From Candidatus Bathyarchaeia archaeon (GTDB lineage: Archaea; Thermoproteota; Bathyarchaeia; Bathyarchaeales; Bathycorpusculaceae), in assembly GCA_038883715.1 (NCBI GenBank), contig JAVZLS010000005.1:1-64000 (forward strand): DNA of 64,000 nucleotides, read 5' to 3'. Below, in pieces: positions 7,371-16,937 of the stretch. The position numbers and the translations under genes are program-made. The notes under the pieces were generated by a model, which worked only from the letters and a program-made list of their open reading frames with translations, was not told the origin of the DNA and ran no database searches. Each line of letters begins with the position of its first letter. The stretch's first letter is position 1.

Positions 7371-7946
7371 TTACGATATATACTCGTATTCTAATACGAC
7401 GCCCATCACGTATAAGCTATAACTATTTTCAGAGAGGTATATGTGAACGCCATAGGCGCAATTTTTGTTATCAATTACGTGGTAAACTGTATCATCAATT
7501 AGCCATACTCGCCCGGGGGCATCTGCAACAGATGTACTGGCCTCTGCTATTACACCATAAACACCCCTAGTCAGGTTGTGCTCGCTTAGAGAAACATAAA
7601 CATACCCAGTATTTGATTCGTCTGTTACAAGAACACTCATTTTTGTTATGTTAATTCCGTCAGGCAATTGAACAGTTGCGAAGAAAATACCCAAGCCCTT
7701 TAGATAGCCAGCTCCTTTATCATAGGTTTGTGTGTTAGTTAAAGGTAAGAATGCCTCTGATGGAATGGAGGCGTAGTTTTTCTTTGGCATTTTTGATTCT
7801 AACTTTTTAAATTGGTTTTCTAACTCGAGAATTTTTAACTGAAGTTGATAAAAAGTAGCATTCAAAAATACAAAAGCTACCGCCAATATTATGATACAGA
7901 TAAGGATAACTGCAATCAAATAATTTTTCCAATTCAAACAAATCAC
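7371..7946 (-). CDS. Membrane-anchored hypothetical protein
   Basis: N-terminal TM, short coiled coil, beta-rich domain (ATVQLPDG); GGAGG RBS. Confidence 0.75.
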   Translation of the reverse strand: MICLNWKNYLIAVILICIIILAVAFVFLNATFYQLQLKILELENQFKKLESKMPKKNYASIPSEAFLPLTNTQTYDKGAGYLKGLGIFFATVQLPDGINITKMSVLVTDESNTGYVYVSLSEHNLTRGVYGVIAEASTSVADAPGRVWLIDDTVYHVIDNKNCAYGVHIYLSENSYSLYVMGVVLEYEYIS

Positions 7947-7992
7947 CTCCTTTTAAACCACAACGACTTCAATAATTAGCGGGTATGTCGAA

Positions 7993-8319
7993 TTAATGCT
8001 TTGCGCAGATTTTTCTAGAGAGCGCCTTTAAAGTGCCCGAAATCATCAAAACGTGAACTGCCACAGGCTTACCAATTATTTCTGTTATTGATGCAATCGC
8101 AGCTCTAAGCTTTTCAACTTCTGTATGAGCCGTTCGGATTATAGCGAGTCCTTTTTCCCTGTCGTAGTCTATCAGTGTTAACCCTGTTTTGCTCGCGCCA
8201 TATTCTCCAAAAAGCTTTAAAATGGCACCCCATAAGGCATCGAGAAGCTCCTTTGCCTCAAACTTCTCCGTAGATTCTATTTTTAAGGCTAGGTAGCGGC
8301 GCCTCGTTTTTATTGACAA
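7993..8319 (-). CDS. rnp2: RNase P protein Pop5/Rpp14
   Basis: RRRYL.. LFGEYGAS.. SGTLKAL; next to Rpp30. Confidence 0.92.
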   Translation of the reverse strand: MSIKTRRRYLALKIESTEKFEAKELLDALWGAILKLFGEYGASKTGLTLIDYDREKGLAIIRTAHTEVEKLRAAIASITEIIGKPVAVHVLMISGTLKALSRKICAKH

Positions 8320-9053
8320 TCTCTTCCCATCCTTATTATGCGTATTCCCGGCGCAACAAAGCGGGGGCTGAGTTTTTCGCGGTTTCTCTTAACAATTGCT
8401 AAAGGATTTTTTGAAATGGCGTCTAAAGCTAATGGTTTGTCCAGATCAAAGAGGGTTGCTAGAGCTGCCATTTCAAGGGGTTTCCTTATAAGAAGCTCGC
8501 TTGTTGCACCGCTTGAAACCACAATTGGCACGTTAAAGTCTTTGGCTATGGTTGCTTCCCTCCTCAGAGTTGACAGAAGCCTTATTCTAGCCGGACCTTT
8601 TAAAACAAGCAAGGGTTTCATGTCAATTTCTAGTGAAGCTTGACTGTTCGAGGCTAGCTCCGCTTCCGCCTTATCAAAAAATCTTCTATGAGGGTCTGTT
8701 GATGGAAAGTTTAAGAGGTCAACTCTATGGTCTTTTGCCGCTTGCCTTGCAACAGCTTTTGAATCGCACATTACGGCTATTATCTCATATTTTCGGCGGA
8801 ACCGCCTCAAAAGTTGGAGAAGCTCCTTTGGTGTTTTCGGCTTTAAATCTAGGCGTGAAGCATAATCTAGGGCTTTTTCTTGGCACAACCCTCTTAGCTG
8901 TTTAACATGCTTTTCCGCAAGGCTTGGCGAAAGTGGCGCCGGAATGGCTATTAGGCGGTAGCCCAACTCTGAAGCCTTTGCTATCATTTGCCTTGTCTGT
9001 TCTGTGTCGCTTAGGTCTGGCTGTAGGTGGAGGTCGGCGAAAATTCTCCTCAT
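8310..9053 (-). CDS. rnp3: RNase P protein Rpp30
   Basis: FADLH, PIVVSSGA..LIRKP, SKNP; ATGA overlap with the upstream gene. Confidence 0.92.
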   Translation of the reverse strand: MRRIFADLHLQPDLSDTEQTRQMIAKASELGYRLIAIPAPLSPSLAEKHVKQLRGLCQEKALDYASRLDLKPKTPKELLQLLRRFRRKYEIIAVMCDSKAVARQAAKDHRVDLLNFPSTDPHRRFFDKAEAELASNSQASLEIDMKPLLVLKGPARIRLLSTLRREATIAKDFNVPIVVSSGATSELLIRKPLEMAALATLFDLDKPLALDAISKNPLAIVKRNREKLSPRFVAPGIRIIRMGRDCQ

Positions 9054-9496
9054 GGAATTATCCCAAGGCTTCTGCACATGTCGACAATGTCTTTCATGCC
9101 GGATTTTTTGAAGTGAATTTTGAAGTGTATGGGGTCTGTCGTGCCGAGCTTAAACTCGTTTAAGTAAGCCGCTTGCTTATCAAGCCTTATGTAAAGGCAG
9201 CCTCCTTCAATGTGCTGTTCAATTTCACCGCCCAAAATCTCCTTATCTAAAATGCTCAGGCTGGAAGCAAGCTTTTCAAGAAAAGCCTTAACATGGTCTC
9301 TTTCCTTAATCTTAGCTTCAAAAAGCGTTATTGGGTTCCCATGGTGCCCACTCAAATTTGACTTTTTAAAGGTGATGTTTTCAGAAACCTGCGGCGGAAG
9401 TGTATTGCGCACTGCGGACAGAACTTTCTCTTCATCCTCTGTTGCGTGGGCAAACACCCTCAAATCAATATGGGTTACGGGAACCTTAGAAGACAA
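9050..9496 (-). CDS. Predicted exosome-associated RNA-binding protein (COG1325)
   Basis: HATEDEEKV, GHHGNPI, YIRLDKQAA. Confidence 0.9.
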   Translation of the reverse strand: MSSKVPVTHIDLRVFAHATEDEEKVLSAVRNTLPPQVSENITFKKSNLSGHHGNPITLFEAKIKERDHVKAFLEKLASSLSILDKEILGGEIEQHIEGGCLYIRLDKQAAYLNEFKLGTTDPIHFKIHFKKSGMKDIVDMCRSLGIIP

Positions 9497-9503
9497 AACC
9501 TCA

Positions 9504-9791
9504 TCACTGTTGCTTGCTACCTTTCTTCCCTTTTCCGCTTTTAGCTTTTACCCTCTTTTTCTCTGCGGCTGCCTTGGAAACCTTCTTAGGCTTCATGATA
9601 GTTGCTAGAAACTCTTTTAAAGATTTGATGTTGCCCTCGTGGATCGTTTTCCTTCGAGAGTCAACGGGGATGCCAAGCTTCAAGGCTTGTTTTAGGCTTA
9701 ATTTAACCTCTTTCAGCTCTCCAAGGCTGAAGCCCTTCCCTGAGCGTTGTTTTCCACCCTTTTTAAGAACGAGTGGCTTCGCTTGAGCCAT
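9504..9791 (-). CDS. rpl13e: 50S ribosomal protein eL13 (short archaeal form)
   Basis: RSGKGFSLGELKEV..A.KLGIPVDSRRKT.H..N. Confidence 0.92.
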   Translation of the reverse strand: MAQAKPLVLKKGGKQRSGKGFSLGELKEVKLSLKQALKLGIPVDSRRKTIHEGNIKSLKEFLATIMKPKKVSKAAAEKKRVKAKSGKGKKGSKQQ

Positions 9792-9797
9792 GGTGGG

Positions 9798-10373
9798 TTA
9801 TTCTCCTGTCGCTGCCTTTCGGCTTGGTCTAGCCTTTTCAGCCCCGCGTCCCTTTTTCCTTAAGCCTCTAACTTTTTTGCCTGCGCTTGTTAAGCCTCTG
9901 AAAACTCTTCCCTTATGCTGTTTTTGGCATATCCAGTTTATGTCCTTGTCCGCCTTAATAGCGGGGTGGTGGGGGTCAACCATTATGACTTCAAACCATT
10001 TGAAGCGTCCGTCTTCGCCAACCCAGTAGGAGTTTAAAACTTCAAGGTTTGGAAACTTTCTGGCAGCCCGCTCCTCGGCTATAAGCCTCAAGCTTTTGGC
10101 AGGCTTATACTTTCTAACACCCATCCTTTTCGGTCTTCTACCTGACCGTGGACGTTGTTTTCGCAGTCCACCCCGTCTAACGCGGACTCGGACTATTATG
10201 AAACCTTGCTTCGCCTTATAACCAAGCTTCCTAGCCCTGTCTAGGCGTGTTGGTTTTTCCACGCGGACTATTGCGGGTTCTTTTCTCCACTCTATTAGCC
10301 TCTGCCGCATCAGCTCTTCAACGAAGGATTCTTCTGGCTTTTTCCAAGCCTCTGCAATGTATTTATACGCCAA
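9798..10373 (-). CDS. rpl15e: 50S ribosomal protein eL15
   Basis: [36 protein letters not shown]. Confidence 0.98.
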   Translation of the reverse strand: MAYKYIAEAWKKPEESFVEELMRQRLIEWRKEPAIVRVEKPTRLDRARKLGYKAKQGFIIVRVRVRRGGLRKQRPRSGRRPKRMGVRKYKPAKSLRLIAEERAARKFPNLEVLNSYWVGEDGRFKWFEVIMVDPHHPAIKADKDINWICQKQHKGRVFRGLTSAGKKVRGLRKKGRGAEKARPSRKAATGE

Positions 10374-10392
10374 ATTTTCACCTCACTATAGT

Positions 10393-10447
10393 TTATGGTT
10401 CAACCAGTCGGTTACATCCCAGCGGATTCTCATCCGCCACCGGCTCT
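10393..10447 (-). ncRNA. Structured leader of rpl15e (eL15 ribosomal-leader-like)
   Basis: Hairpin GCGGAT-GAGA-ATCCGC, then GGGATGT, hairpin AACC-GACT-GGTT, then GAACCAT; TATA TTTATTT about 25 nt upstream and GAGGTGA RBS downstream. Confidence 0.7.
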
Positions 10448-10488
10448 CAATGATTCCCCAACCAACAAAATAAACTTTTCCAGCAAGG

Positions 10489-11175
10489 CTATTTGGTCTT
10501 TGCCTCCGGCACAGCCTTTTTAACTAGGAGATAGCCGCCTTGTCCCCTCCAAACCTTTTCAGCCTCAACTATTTTCAGCTTTTTCTTGAAAAATGGGGCG
10601 TCAAGCACGAGGGTTTCGTATTCGCCTCCCTCACCCACAAGAGAGATGCCGAAATGCTTGTTTAGCTCAACCAATGCATTGAAGGTTTCCGCGTCAAGTT
10701 TTCTTCCAAGCCACTCTTTTGAAAAGCCATAAGCATAAACACCAGTTATTATAACCTCGAAATTGAGGTCTAAAATCTCCTTTAGAATGCTGGCTGGGTT
10801 TTCATGCCAAAGGGGCGTTAAACACTTGAGCTTCAACTGCTTGCAGATTTCCTCTATTCTTGCCTTCTGATAGTTTGAGGCTATAGCCCCGGAAACAATT
10901 CCATCCACGTTAAGTCCCGCCACTAAACGCTTTAAATCCTCAACTTCAGCCTCTTTTACCCCAGATGTTTCGCCTTTAACGAGTGGAATTCCAACAGCTT
11001 CCGCGAACAAGTCCATTAAGTGGATGTTTGGGTAGTGGAACATCCAACTGTCCTCCCTCAGCGGGATCATGCTAACCAAATACTTCACATCGTAGCCCAA
11101 ACGTAAAACTCTGTAAAGGGCGAGGGTGGAGTCTTTCCCGCCTGTGGCTAAAACTGCAACCCTCATGTGCCGCAT
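10489..11175 (-). CDS. dph6: Diphthine--ammonia ligase family PP-loop ATPase
   Basis: TGGKDS, SWMFH, GAIASNYQ, PLW, GEGGEYETLVLDAP. Confidence 0.9.
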   Translation of the reverse strand: MRHMRVAVLATGGKDSTLALYRVLRLGYDVKYLVSMIPLREDSWMFHYPNIHLMDLFAEAVGIPLVKGETSGVKEAEVEDLKRLVAGLNVDGIVSGAIASNYQKARIEEICKQLKLKCLTPLWHENPASILKEILDLNFEVIITGVYAYGFSKEWLGRKLDAETFNALVELNKHFGISLVGEGGEYETLVLDAPFFKKKLKIVEAEKVWRGQGGYLLVKKAVPEAKTK

Positions 11176-12533
11176 TATCCCATAAGCTTTGACTTTGCCT
11201 CTTTAAACAGCGCCTCGGTTTTAAGCCGCCACTTTTCAAAGTCTCTAGGGGTTTTTGGATAGTTCCGATAATGAGCCTTAACCCTGTTCATTAGGTTGAC
11301 CGTGACCCGCAATTTGTTTAGAAAGTGGATGCGCTTTATGCCTCTGAAGACCCGCTTTGCAGTTTCAGTTATGTTTAGGTGGAAGTCCTCGCCTAAACCA
11401 GCCTTTAAAACATCCTCCTCGGTCAACAGCTTATACTTCATGCCATAGTTTAGGTCTTCGTTGCTGCATTTTAACAGCAAGAGTCTAAAAACGTCTAGTG
11501 CAGCCTGCTTTGTCCCATAGCTTTCCATGTACCTAACGTTGTGCTGCCATAGGGCTTCTTGGCTTACATCGCCTTTCTCCAAAGCCTCAGCTATGGTTTT
11601 TCCAGCCAAGTATCCGCTTATCATTGATGGTCCGATTCCGCCTCCATGTATGGGGTTCACGAGGCACGCGGCGTCTCCGACGATTATTACGCCGTTTCCA
11701 ACCATGTTGTCTAATGGTCTCCTCGTCGGGTCGTACCATGCCCCGCCGTCAAGCAACAGCGAACCATCAAACAATGGATTGGCTAGGACATGCTTGTAAA
11801 ACTGCCCTTTTGGATTTGGAAACTTATCCCGCATGCAGACTCCAAGCCCAGCGTTAACTTTTGCACCGCCCTTATAGAAAATCCACGTGTAGCCGCCCGG
11901 GGTTACATTCTGGTTTAAATATATCTCACAGTAGTCTTTGCCTTCAACCTCCTGTTTAAGCTGTCTAATCTCCCTATAACAAGCCTCCACATCCTCGTTG
12001 GCTATCTCCCTTTCAATCCCCATTTCATCTGGAAGCTTCCGCCTAATAACAGCCAGAAAACCGCTTGCATCCACGACAGCTTTACTTTCAAAACGAACCT
12101 TTTCGCCAGTCCTCATGTTTTTAGCCAAAACTCCAGTTACAAAGCCCTTTTCGATAATGGGCTCTAAACATTGGGTTGAATCAAACAAGACAGCACCCTT
12201 GTCCAGCGCCACTCTTAAAAGCCACTGCCCAAAAAGCCGCCTATTCAATAGGTAGCCTGAAAAATCCTCATGCCTAACAGTAAAGACAGTTTCCAAGTCC
12301 GGCGAGTATATTTTAACACCCTCTATTCGCCTTTCCAACTCGCCGTGCTGAGGAGGCCCCAAACCAACATTCTTTAAGTGGTGCTCTCCAAGGGCGTCCC
12401 CACAAACTTTCTCACCAATCTCCTTCTGAGCCTTCCGCTCAACCAAACAAGCCTTCAAGCCTTCCTCAGCGGCCGTTTTTGCCGCTAAGCACCCAGCTGT
12501 TCCGGCGCCCACAACTATAACGTCAAATTTCAT
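11175..12533 (-). CDS. Geranylgeranyl reductase (digeranylgeranylglycerophospholipid reductase)
   Basis: GAGTAG FAD motif, KVCGD, PGGYTWIF, GDAA..VNPIHGGGI; start at ATG 12533 after GAGGT. Confidence 0.9.
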   Translation of the reverse strand: MKFDVIVVGAGTAGCLAAKTAAEEGLKACLVERKAQKEIGEKVCGDALGEHHLKNVGLGPPQHGELERRIEGVKIYSPDLETVFTVRHEDFSGYLLNRRLFGQWLLRVALDKGAVLFDSTQCLEPIIEKGFVTGVLAKNMRTGEKVRFESKAVVDASGFLAVIRRKLPDEMGIEREIANEDVEACYREIRQLKQEVEGKDYCEIYLNQNVTPGGYTWIFYKGGAKVNAGLGVCMRDKFPNPKGQFYKHVLANPLFDGSLLLDGGAWYDPTRRPLDNMVGNGVIIVGDAACLVNPIHGGGIGPSMISGYLAGKTIAEALEKGDVSQEALWQHNVRYMESYGTKQAALDVFRLLLLKCSNEDLNYGMKYKLLTEEDVLKAGLGEDFHLNITETAKRVFRGIKRIHFLNKLRVTVNLMNRVKAHYRNYPKTPRDFEKWRLKTEALFKEAKSKLMG

Positions 12534-12622
12534 GAGCTTACCTCGCTTCGCCTTTTTCATACTCTCTGTAACGAATCCTTTATAAATAATATTGAGAGCT
12601 GTCCAAAGGAATTTCTCTAACA

Positions 12623-13132
12623 TTATTTGCGCTGAAATACTTTCGAAGACACCGGAATAGGTATGGTTGTCGTCTCTTTTGGCGTGTCAAACACTATGCA
12701 GGTCAATGTCTTTTCTATACCCTTCACAGTTCTCAACTTGTCTATCACAAACCTTCCAACGGAATCCACATTCCTGTCCTTAACTTTGATGAGGATGTCC
12801 CAGTCACCAGATATTATGTGCACTTCTTGAACCTCTGGGAACTTTGATATTTGCTCGGCTATAGCCCTCTGAGAAAGTGGTGCTTCCTCCCTGTTGGTTC
12901 TGTAGGAGAAGGATGCCAATATGAAAGCTGTTACGCCAAAATCCAGTTTTCTATGGTCTAGGATGGCTCTGTACTCTTTGATTATTCCTTGCTGTTCCAT
13001 CCTCTTTATTTTTGCGAAAACAGTTGTTATGGGAGAGTTTATTTTTCTGGCTATTTCCTTTGCTGTCATCTTGCAGTTTTTCTGTAGCAAGTCTAATATT
13101 GCCAAATCCTTTTCGTCCAGTTTGAGGTTCAT
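12623..13132 (-). CDS. Lrp/AsnC family regulator
   Basis: LDEKDLAIL..LQ, HTH, ISGDWD RAM domain. Confidence 0.95.
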   Translation of the reverse strand: MNLKLDEKDLAILDLLQKNCKMTAKEIARKINSPITTVFAKIKRMEQQGIIKEYRAILDHRKLDFGVTAFILASFSYRTNREEAPLSQRAIAEQISKFPEVQEVHIISGDWDILIKVKDRNVDSVGRFVIDKLRTVKGIEKTLTCIVFDTPKETTTIPIPVSSKVFQRK

Positions 13133-13133
13133 G

Positions 13134-13146
13134 TGTAAAAATTACA
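13134..13146. promoter_or_regulatory. Putative Lrp/FFRP operator TGTAA-AAA-TTACA
   Basis: Perfect 5-3-5 palindrome with AT centre directly beside the Lrp start codon in the divergent promoter. Confidence 0.55.
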
Positions 13147-13236
13147 TATATTCAAGCATAAAAAGGTTACCATTTGATAAAAATACAGAATTTTCAATAA
13201 AAAATTTAAAAATATAAGTTGTCATTTTTCAATCTC

Positions 13237-14217
13237 ATGAGCAGCGATTTATCCGAAAGCCTAAAGAAAAGATACATAACGTTAAGAGAAAACGGGCTAG
13301 CAAGAATTTTCAAAGTTCAGGATGAGATAATATCCTCAATTCGGGCTTTCCTAAAAAATGAGGGCTTCATCGAAATTTTAGCTCCTATAATCGGACCTGC
13401 AACAGACCCCGGCATTAGAGGGGCAAAGCAAGCCATCATAGACTATTATGGTTTTCCCTTCAAAGTCATGAGCAGCATGATACTATACAAGCAAATGATT
13501 ATCACGGCTTTGCCAAAGGTTTTCGCCCTATCACCAAACATTAGATTAGAGCCATTAGAAACTGTTAGAACGCGTCGCCACCTAACAGAGTTTAGGCAAA
13601 TAGACCTTGAAGTGGCATATGCAACATGCGAAGATGTCATGGAGCTTGGCGAGAGAATGCTCTGCCACGTAATAGCCGAAGTCAAAAACAAGTGCCACGA
13701 AGAGCTTGGAGAACGCGTAAAAACGCTAAAGGTGCCAAAATTGCCCTTAAAAAGGTACACATACAAAGAGGCTCTTGAAATTCTCAAGAATGCAAGAGTA
13801 AATGTGGAATATGGCAAAGAAATCTCATGGGAAGCAGAAGAAGCCATATCAAAAATGCACAGCGAACCCTTCTGGATAACAAACTTTCCAACCACAGCGA
13901 GAAGCTTCTACTACATGGAAAAAGGGGAAGAACCAGGCGTTCTAGAAGATTTTGACCTAATATATCCCGGAGGTTTCGGCGAGGCAATTTCAGGCGGAAA
14001 AAGGGAGCACCGGTACGGCAAGCTTTTGGAGAGAATGCTGAAAAGCGGCGAAAATCCCGCCGATTATGAGTGGTATTTAGACATGTTAAAGGTTGGGATT
14101 CCTCCTTCAGCAGGTTTTGGGATAGGTGTTGAAAGACTTACAAGGTTTATCTGTGGTCTTGAAAACATCTGGGACGCTGTTCCGTTTCCAAAAGTTGCTG
14201 GAATACCCTCCCCATAA
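13237..14217 (+). CDS. asnA: Archaeal ammonia-dependent asparagine synthetase (AsnRS catalytic-domain paralogue)
   Basis: TDPG, SSMILYKQ, SPNIRLE, HLTEFRQIDLE, PSAGFGIGVERL; no N-terminal OB anticodon domain. Confidence 0.88.
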   Translation: MSSDLSESLKKRYITLRENGLARIFKVQDEIISSIRAFLKNEGFIEILAPIIGPATDPGIRGAKQAIIDYYGFPFKVMSSMILYKQMIITALPKVFALSPNIRLEPLETVRTRRHLTEFRQIDLEVAYATCEDVMELGERMLCHVIAEVKNKCHEELGERVKTLKVPKLPLKRYTYKEALEILKNARVNVEYGKEISWEAEEAISKMHSEPFWITNFPTTARSFYYMEKGEEPGVLEDFDLIYPGGFGEAISGGKREHRYGKLLERMLKSGENPADYEWYLDMLKVGIPPSAGFGIGVERLTRFICGLENIWDAVPFPKVAGIPSP

Positions 14218-14316
14218 AATTGCAAAGTTTAGCTGGAATATGGATTTCTGATTCATAATTGTTAATTATATTTTGAGCAGACGTGGAAACGTCAAGATAA
14301 AAGAAGGCGCAGTTAA

Positions 14317-14568
14317 ATGATGAAAAAAGCCACAATAAAAAAGAGTGAAACGTACACGGTCGACTTGACAAAAATTGATGGAGACGGAGCTTTTCCATGC
14401 CCAAAATGTGGAGTCATAATATCACCAGACGACGAAACTGAAGAGGTCTACCAGATTGTTGAAACAAAAGTTAAGGGAGATGACCTAGCTGAGCTAATTC
14501 TCCGATGCAACAAATGCGGAAGTACCATAAGGCTGGTGGGCTTCCTACAACAACCCATTGAAGGCTAA
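14317..14568 (+). CDS. Small zinc-ribbon protein
   Basis: CPKCG...CNKCG. Confidence 0.8.
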   Translation: MMKKATIKKSETYTVDLTKIDGDGAFPCPKCGVIISPDDETEEVYQIVETKVKGDDLAELILRCNKCGSTIRLVGFLQQPIEG

Positions 14569-14580
14569 AAGGCGTTAGAC

Positions 14581-14805
14581 TTACTTTGCTTTCTCAAATT
14601 TTCGGCTCACAGCCACAAAAACAAGCCACAATATTGTCCCGTAAAAGATTCCATTGAAAATAGCGCTCACAAACTTTTGGTATTCCTCAGCAATTTTCCC
14701 AAATAAGGCGCACAAGAAGTTCCCAGGGAATATGGGTGAGGGAATTAAAAGCGAGGCTGCTAGGAACATTAGGAAGAAGACCACTAAGATTGGTGCGCCC
14801 TTCAT
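14581..14805 (-). CDS. Small two-TM membrane protein
   Basis: Two hydrophobic segments, basic C-terminus. Confidence 0.7.
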   Translation of the reverse strand: MKGAPILVVFFLMFLAASLLIPSPIFPGNFLCALFGKIAEEYQKFVSAIFNGIFYGTILWLVFVAVSRKFEKAK

Positions 14806-14886
14806 TTTCTCAAGTTTTATCTGGCATCTTAACATTTAATAAACATTGCTGTAGAATTGCCGAACACAAATACACTTTTTAAGGTA

Positions 14887-15990
14887 TCAAGCTCCAAAAA
14901 GCCACCTTAGGAAGTTAATCAAGGAATAAAATAGGTCATACAAAGGTGAAGAGAGAATAAAAATCACCACCAAAACTCCAAGAAAAATTTTCCTGCTTCT
15001 TGACAAGTCGGAAACATCGTCCAAGGGACCCGGATGCCTAAACATAGATATAAACAGAACAAAAATAGCCATAGGCCAGCTTACGAAAACAAGAAAAATT
15101 ATGGAAAGCATGGTCAATATGCTTCTAATCCTTTCGCTGAAAAGCGACCTCGCAACATGTCCACCATCAAGCATGGCAGCCGGCAGCAAGTTAAGCATTG
15201 TTACAAAGAAGCCAATCCACCCGGCAAAGGCAACAGGATGCAACATTACCACTAACATGTAGCCGGGTTTATACCCATTTGTTGGAGCTGGTGGAAGCAA
15301 AAACTCAGCAAAAAGCCTAAAGAAAAGTGGTGCTGGAAGGGTTGGAGTGCCCTCTGAAACCCAGTTGTAGGATGAGTATGGTAAACCGATAATTGTAGCA
15401 ACAATGGCGACGAGGAAGCCAAATAATGGGCCGCTTGCCCCAATGTCAAAGAGGGAATCCTTGTTTAGCGGGAGAGACTTCTGCATAATTACGGCTCCAA
15501 AAGTTCCAAGTGGAGGTGGACCCGGGATGAAATAGGGCGGTGTTGCCTCTACGCCTTCCACATCGGCTGTCAACTTGTGGCCCATTTCATGCATTCCAAG
15601 AACAGCCATAACAGCCACAGTAAAGGCTGCTCCGCCGATTAGCGGATCTGTGAAGCTCGCTGACTGAAGATAACCAGCAGCAAATGTTGTCCCAACTGTT
15701 GCAAAAAGAAGAAGCCAGTTAACAAGGAAACTGCTTGGCTTAGAAGGCTGCCTAGGAAAAATTCTAAGAACAACCCTTCCATCAGACCTCCGCAGAAAAG
15801 CCATCAAATTCATTTGCCCCAGCTTTTTGAGCAGTTTTAGAAAGGCTTGTTTTGTCTCTTGGGGCTGTTTGAGGTAAAAAGTGGGGATGTTATGCTCGAT
15901 TAGGGCCTCCTCTATCTGGAAGTGCTCACAGACAATTTTTTTTAACCTTTCGAACTCTGTTTGGTTTGTTTGTTTCTCTGTTTCGTTCAT
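14887..15990 (-). CDS. Site-2 protease (peptidase M50)
   Basis: HEMGH and NLLPAAMLDGGH motifs, multiple TMs. Confidence 0.93.
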   Translation of the reverse strand: MNETEKQTNQTEFERLKKIVCEHFQIEEALIEHNIPTFYLKQPQETKQAFLKLLKKLGQMNLMAFLRRSDGRVVLRIFPRQPSKPSSFLVNWLLLFATVGTTFAAGYLQSASFTDPLIGGAAFTVAVMAVLGMHEMGHKLTADVEGVEATPPYFIPGPPPLGTFGAVIMQKSLPLNKDSLFDIGASGPLFGFLVAIVATIIGLPYSSYNWVSEGTPTLPAPLFFRLFAEFLLPPAPTNGYKPGYMLVVMLHPVAFAGWIGFFVTMLNLLPAAMLDGGHVARSLFSERIRSILTMLSIIFLVFVSWPMAIFVLFISMFRHPGPLDDVSDLSRSRKIFLGVLVVIFILSSPLYDLFYSLINFLRWLFGA

Positions 15991-16166
15991 TTTTAGCCCT
16001 TGTAAGTTTTGAGTCACTTAAAGGGTTATGTGTTAAAAAAGCTTATTGGATTTTAATCTGGTTTTTATTCAGATTCTGAACCGCTAAAAACTCTTTAATA
16101 ACTGCCAAGGGCAAACGTCCACAGAAGCCACGACAGAAGACATCGTCGATAAAAGGAGACAAGAAG

Positions 16167-16937
16167 GTGGAAGAAAACCGGACGAACGAAAGTGATGATT
16201 CTTCCGTCACAATTCTCCTACCAACATACTGCGAAGCCGAAAACATTGAAAACCTAATACACACTATTGAAAATTTAGGGATAAACTCAAGGATAATAGT
16301 CATAGACGACTCAAGCCCCGACGGTACAGGGGATATTGTCAAAAAACTGCAGAGAAAATATGAAAATATAATGTTGTTAACTCGTCCTTTTAAGGCTGGG
16401 CTTGGAACAGCAATAACCCACGGTTTTCACTTTATATTGGCCCAGAGCGCTCCCTCAAAATACATAGTCACAATGGATGCTGACTATTCTCACGATCCAA
16501 TGGAGATACCGAAGCTTCTGCAAGAAGCGAGGAAGGGCTACGACATCGTTGTTGGAAGCAGATACTGTAACGGCGGAGTTGTTAAAGGATGGCCCATGAC
16601 AAGGCTGGCGATCAGCAAGATAGCCAACAAAATAACTGCAAAACTTGTAGCCCTACCAATAACAGACTTCACAAGCGGTTTCAGATGCTATTCTAGGGAA
16701 TACATTAGGAAAATTCTCCCAAATCTTCACAGTCAAACCTATGAAATTCAAATTGAAACTCTCAGGCAGGCGAGCATTAATAGGGCTAGGGTGGTTGAAG
16801 TTCCAATAACATTTACTAACAGGAAGAAGGGCAAGTCAAAACTCACTAAAAATGAGATATTAAGCTTCCTCCTATACGTTATGAAAACAGCGTTTCGCAG
16901 CCTCAAAACTGTAAGTTTCGGCAAACATCATGCCTAA
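16167..16937 (+). CDS. Polyprenol-phosphate sugar (mannose) synthase, GT2 (Dpm1/Ppm1-like)
   Basis: PTYCEAENI, IDDSSPDGT, GLGTA, MDADYSHDP, GSRY, DFTSGFR. Confidence 0.9.
   Translation: MEENRTNESDDSSVTILLPTYCEAENIENLIHTIENLGINSRIIVIDDSSPDGTGDIVKKLQRKYENIMLLTRPFKAGLGTAITHGFHFILAQSAPSKYIVTMDADYSHDPMEIPKLLQEARKGYDIVVGSRYCNGGVVKGWPMTRLAISKIANKITAKLVALPITDFTSGFRCYSREYIRKILPNLHSQTYEIQIETLRQASINRARVVEVPITFTNRKKGKSKLTKNEILSFLLYVMKTAFRSLKTVSFGKHHA

Noticed and set aside
13237-14217. Asparaginyl/aspartyl-tRNA synthetase
   Set aside because: Lacks the anticodon-binding OB domain; fits the asparagine synthetase paralogue
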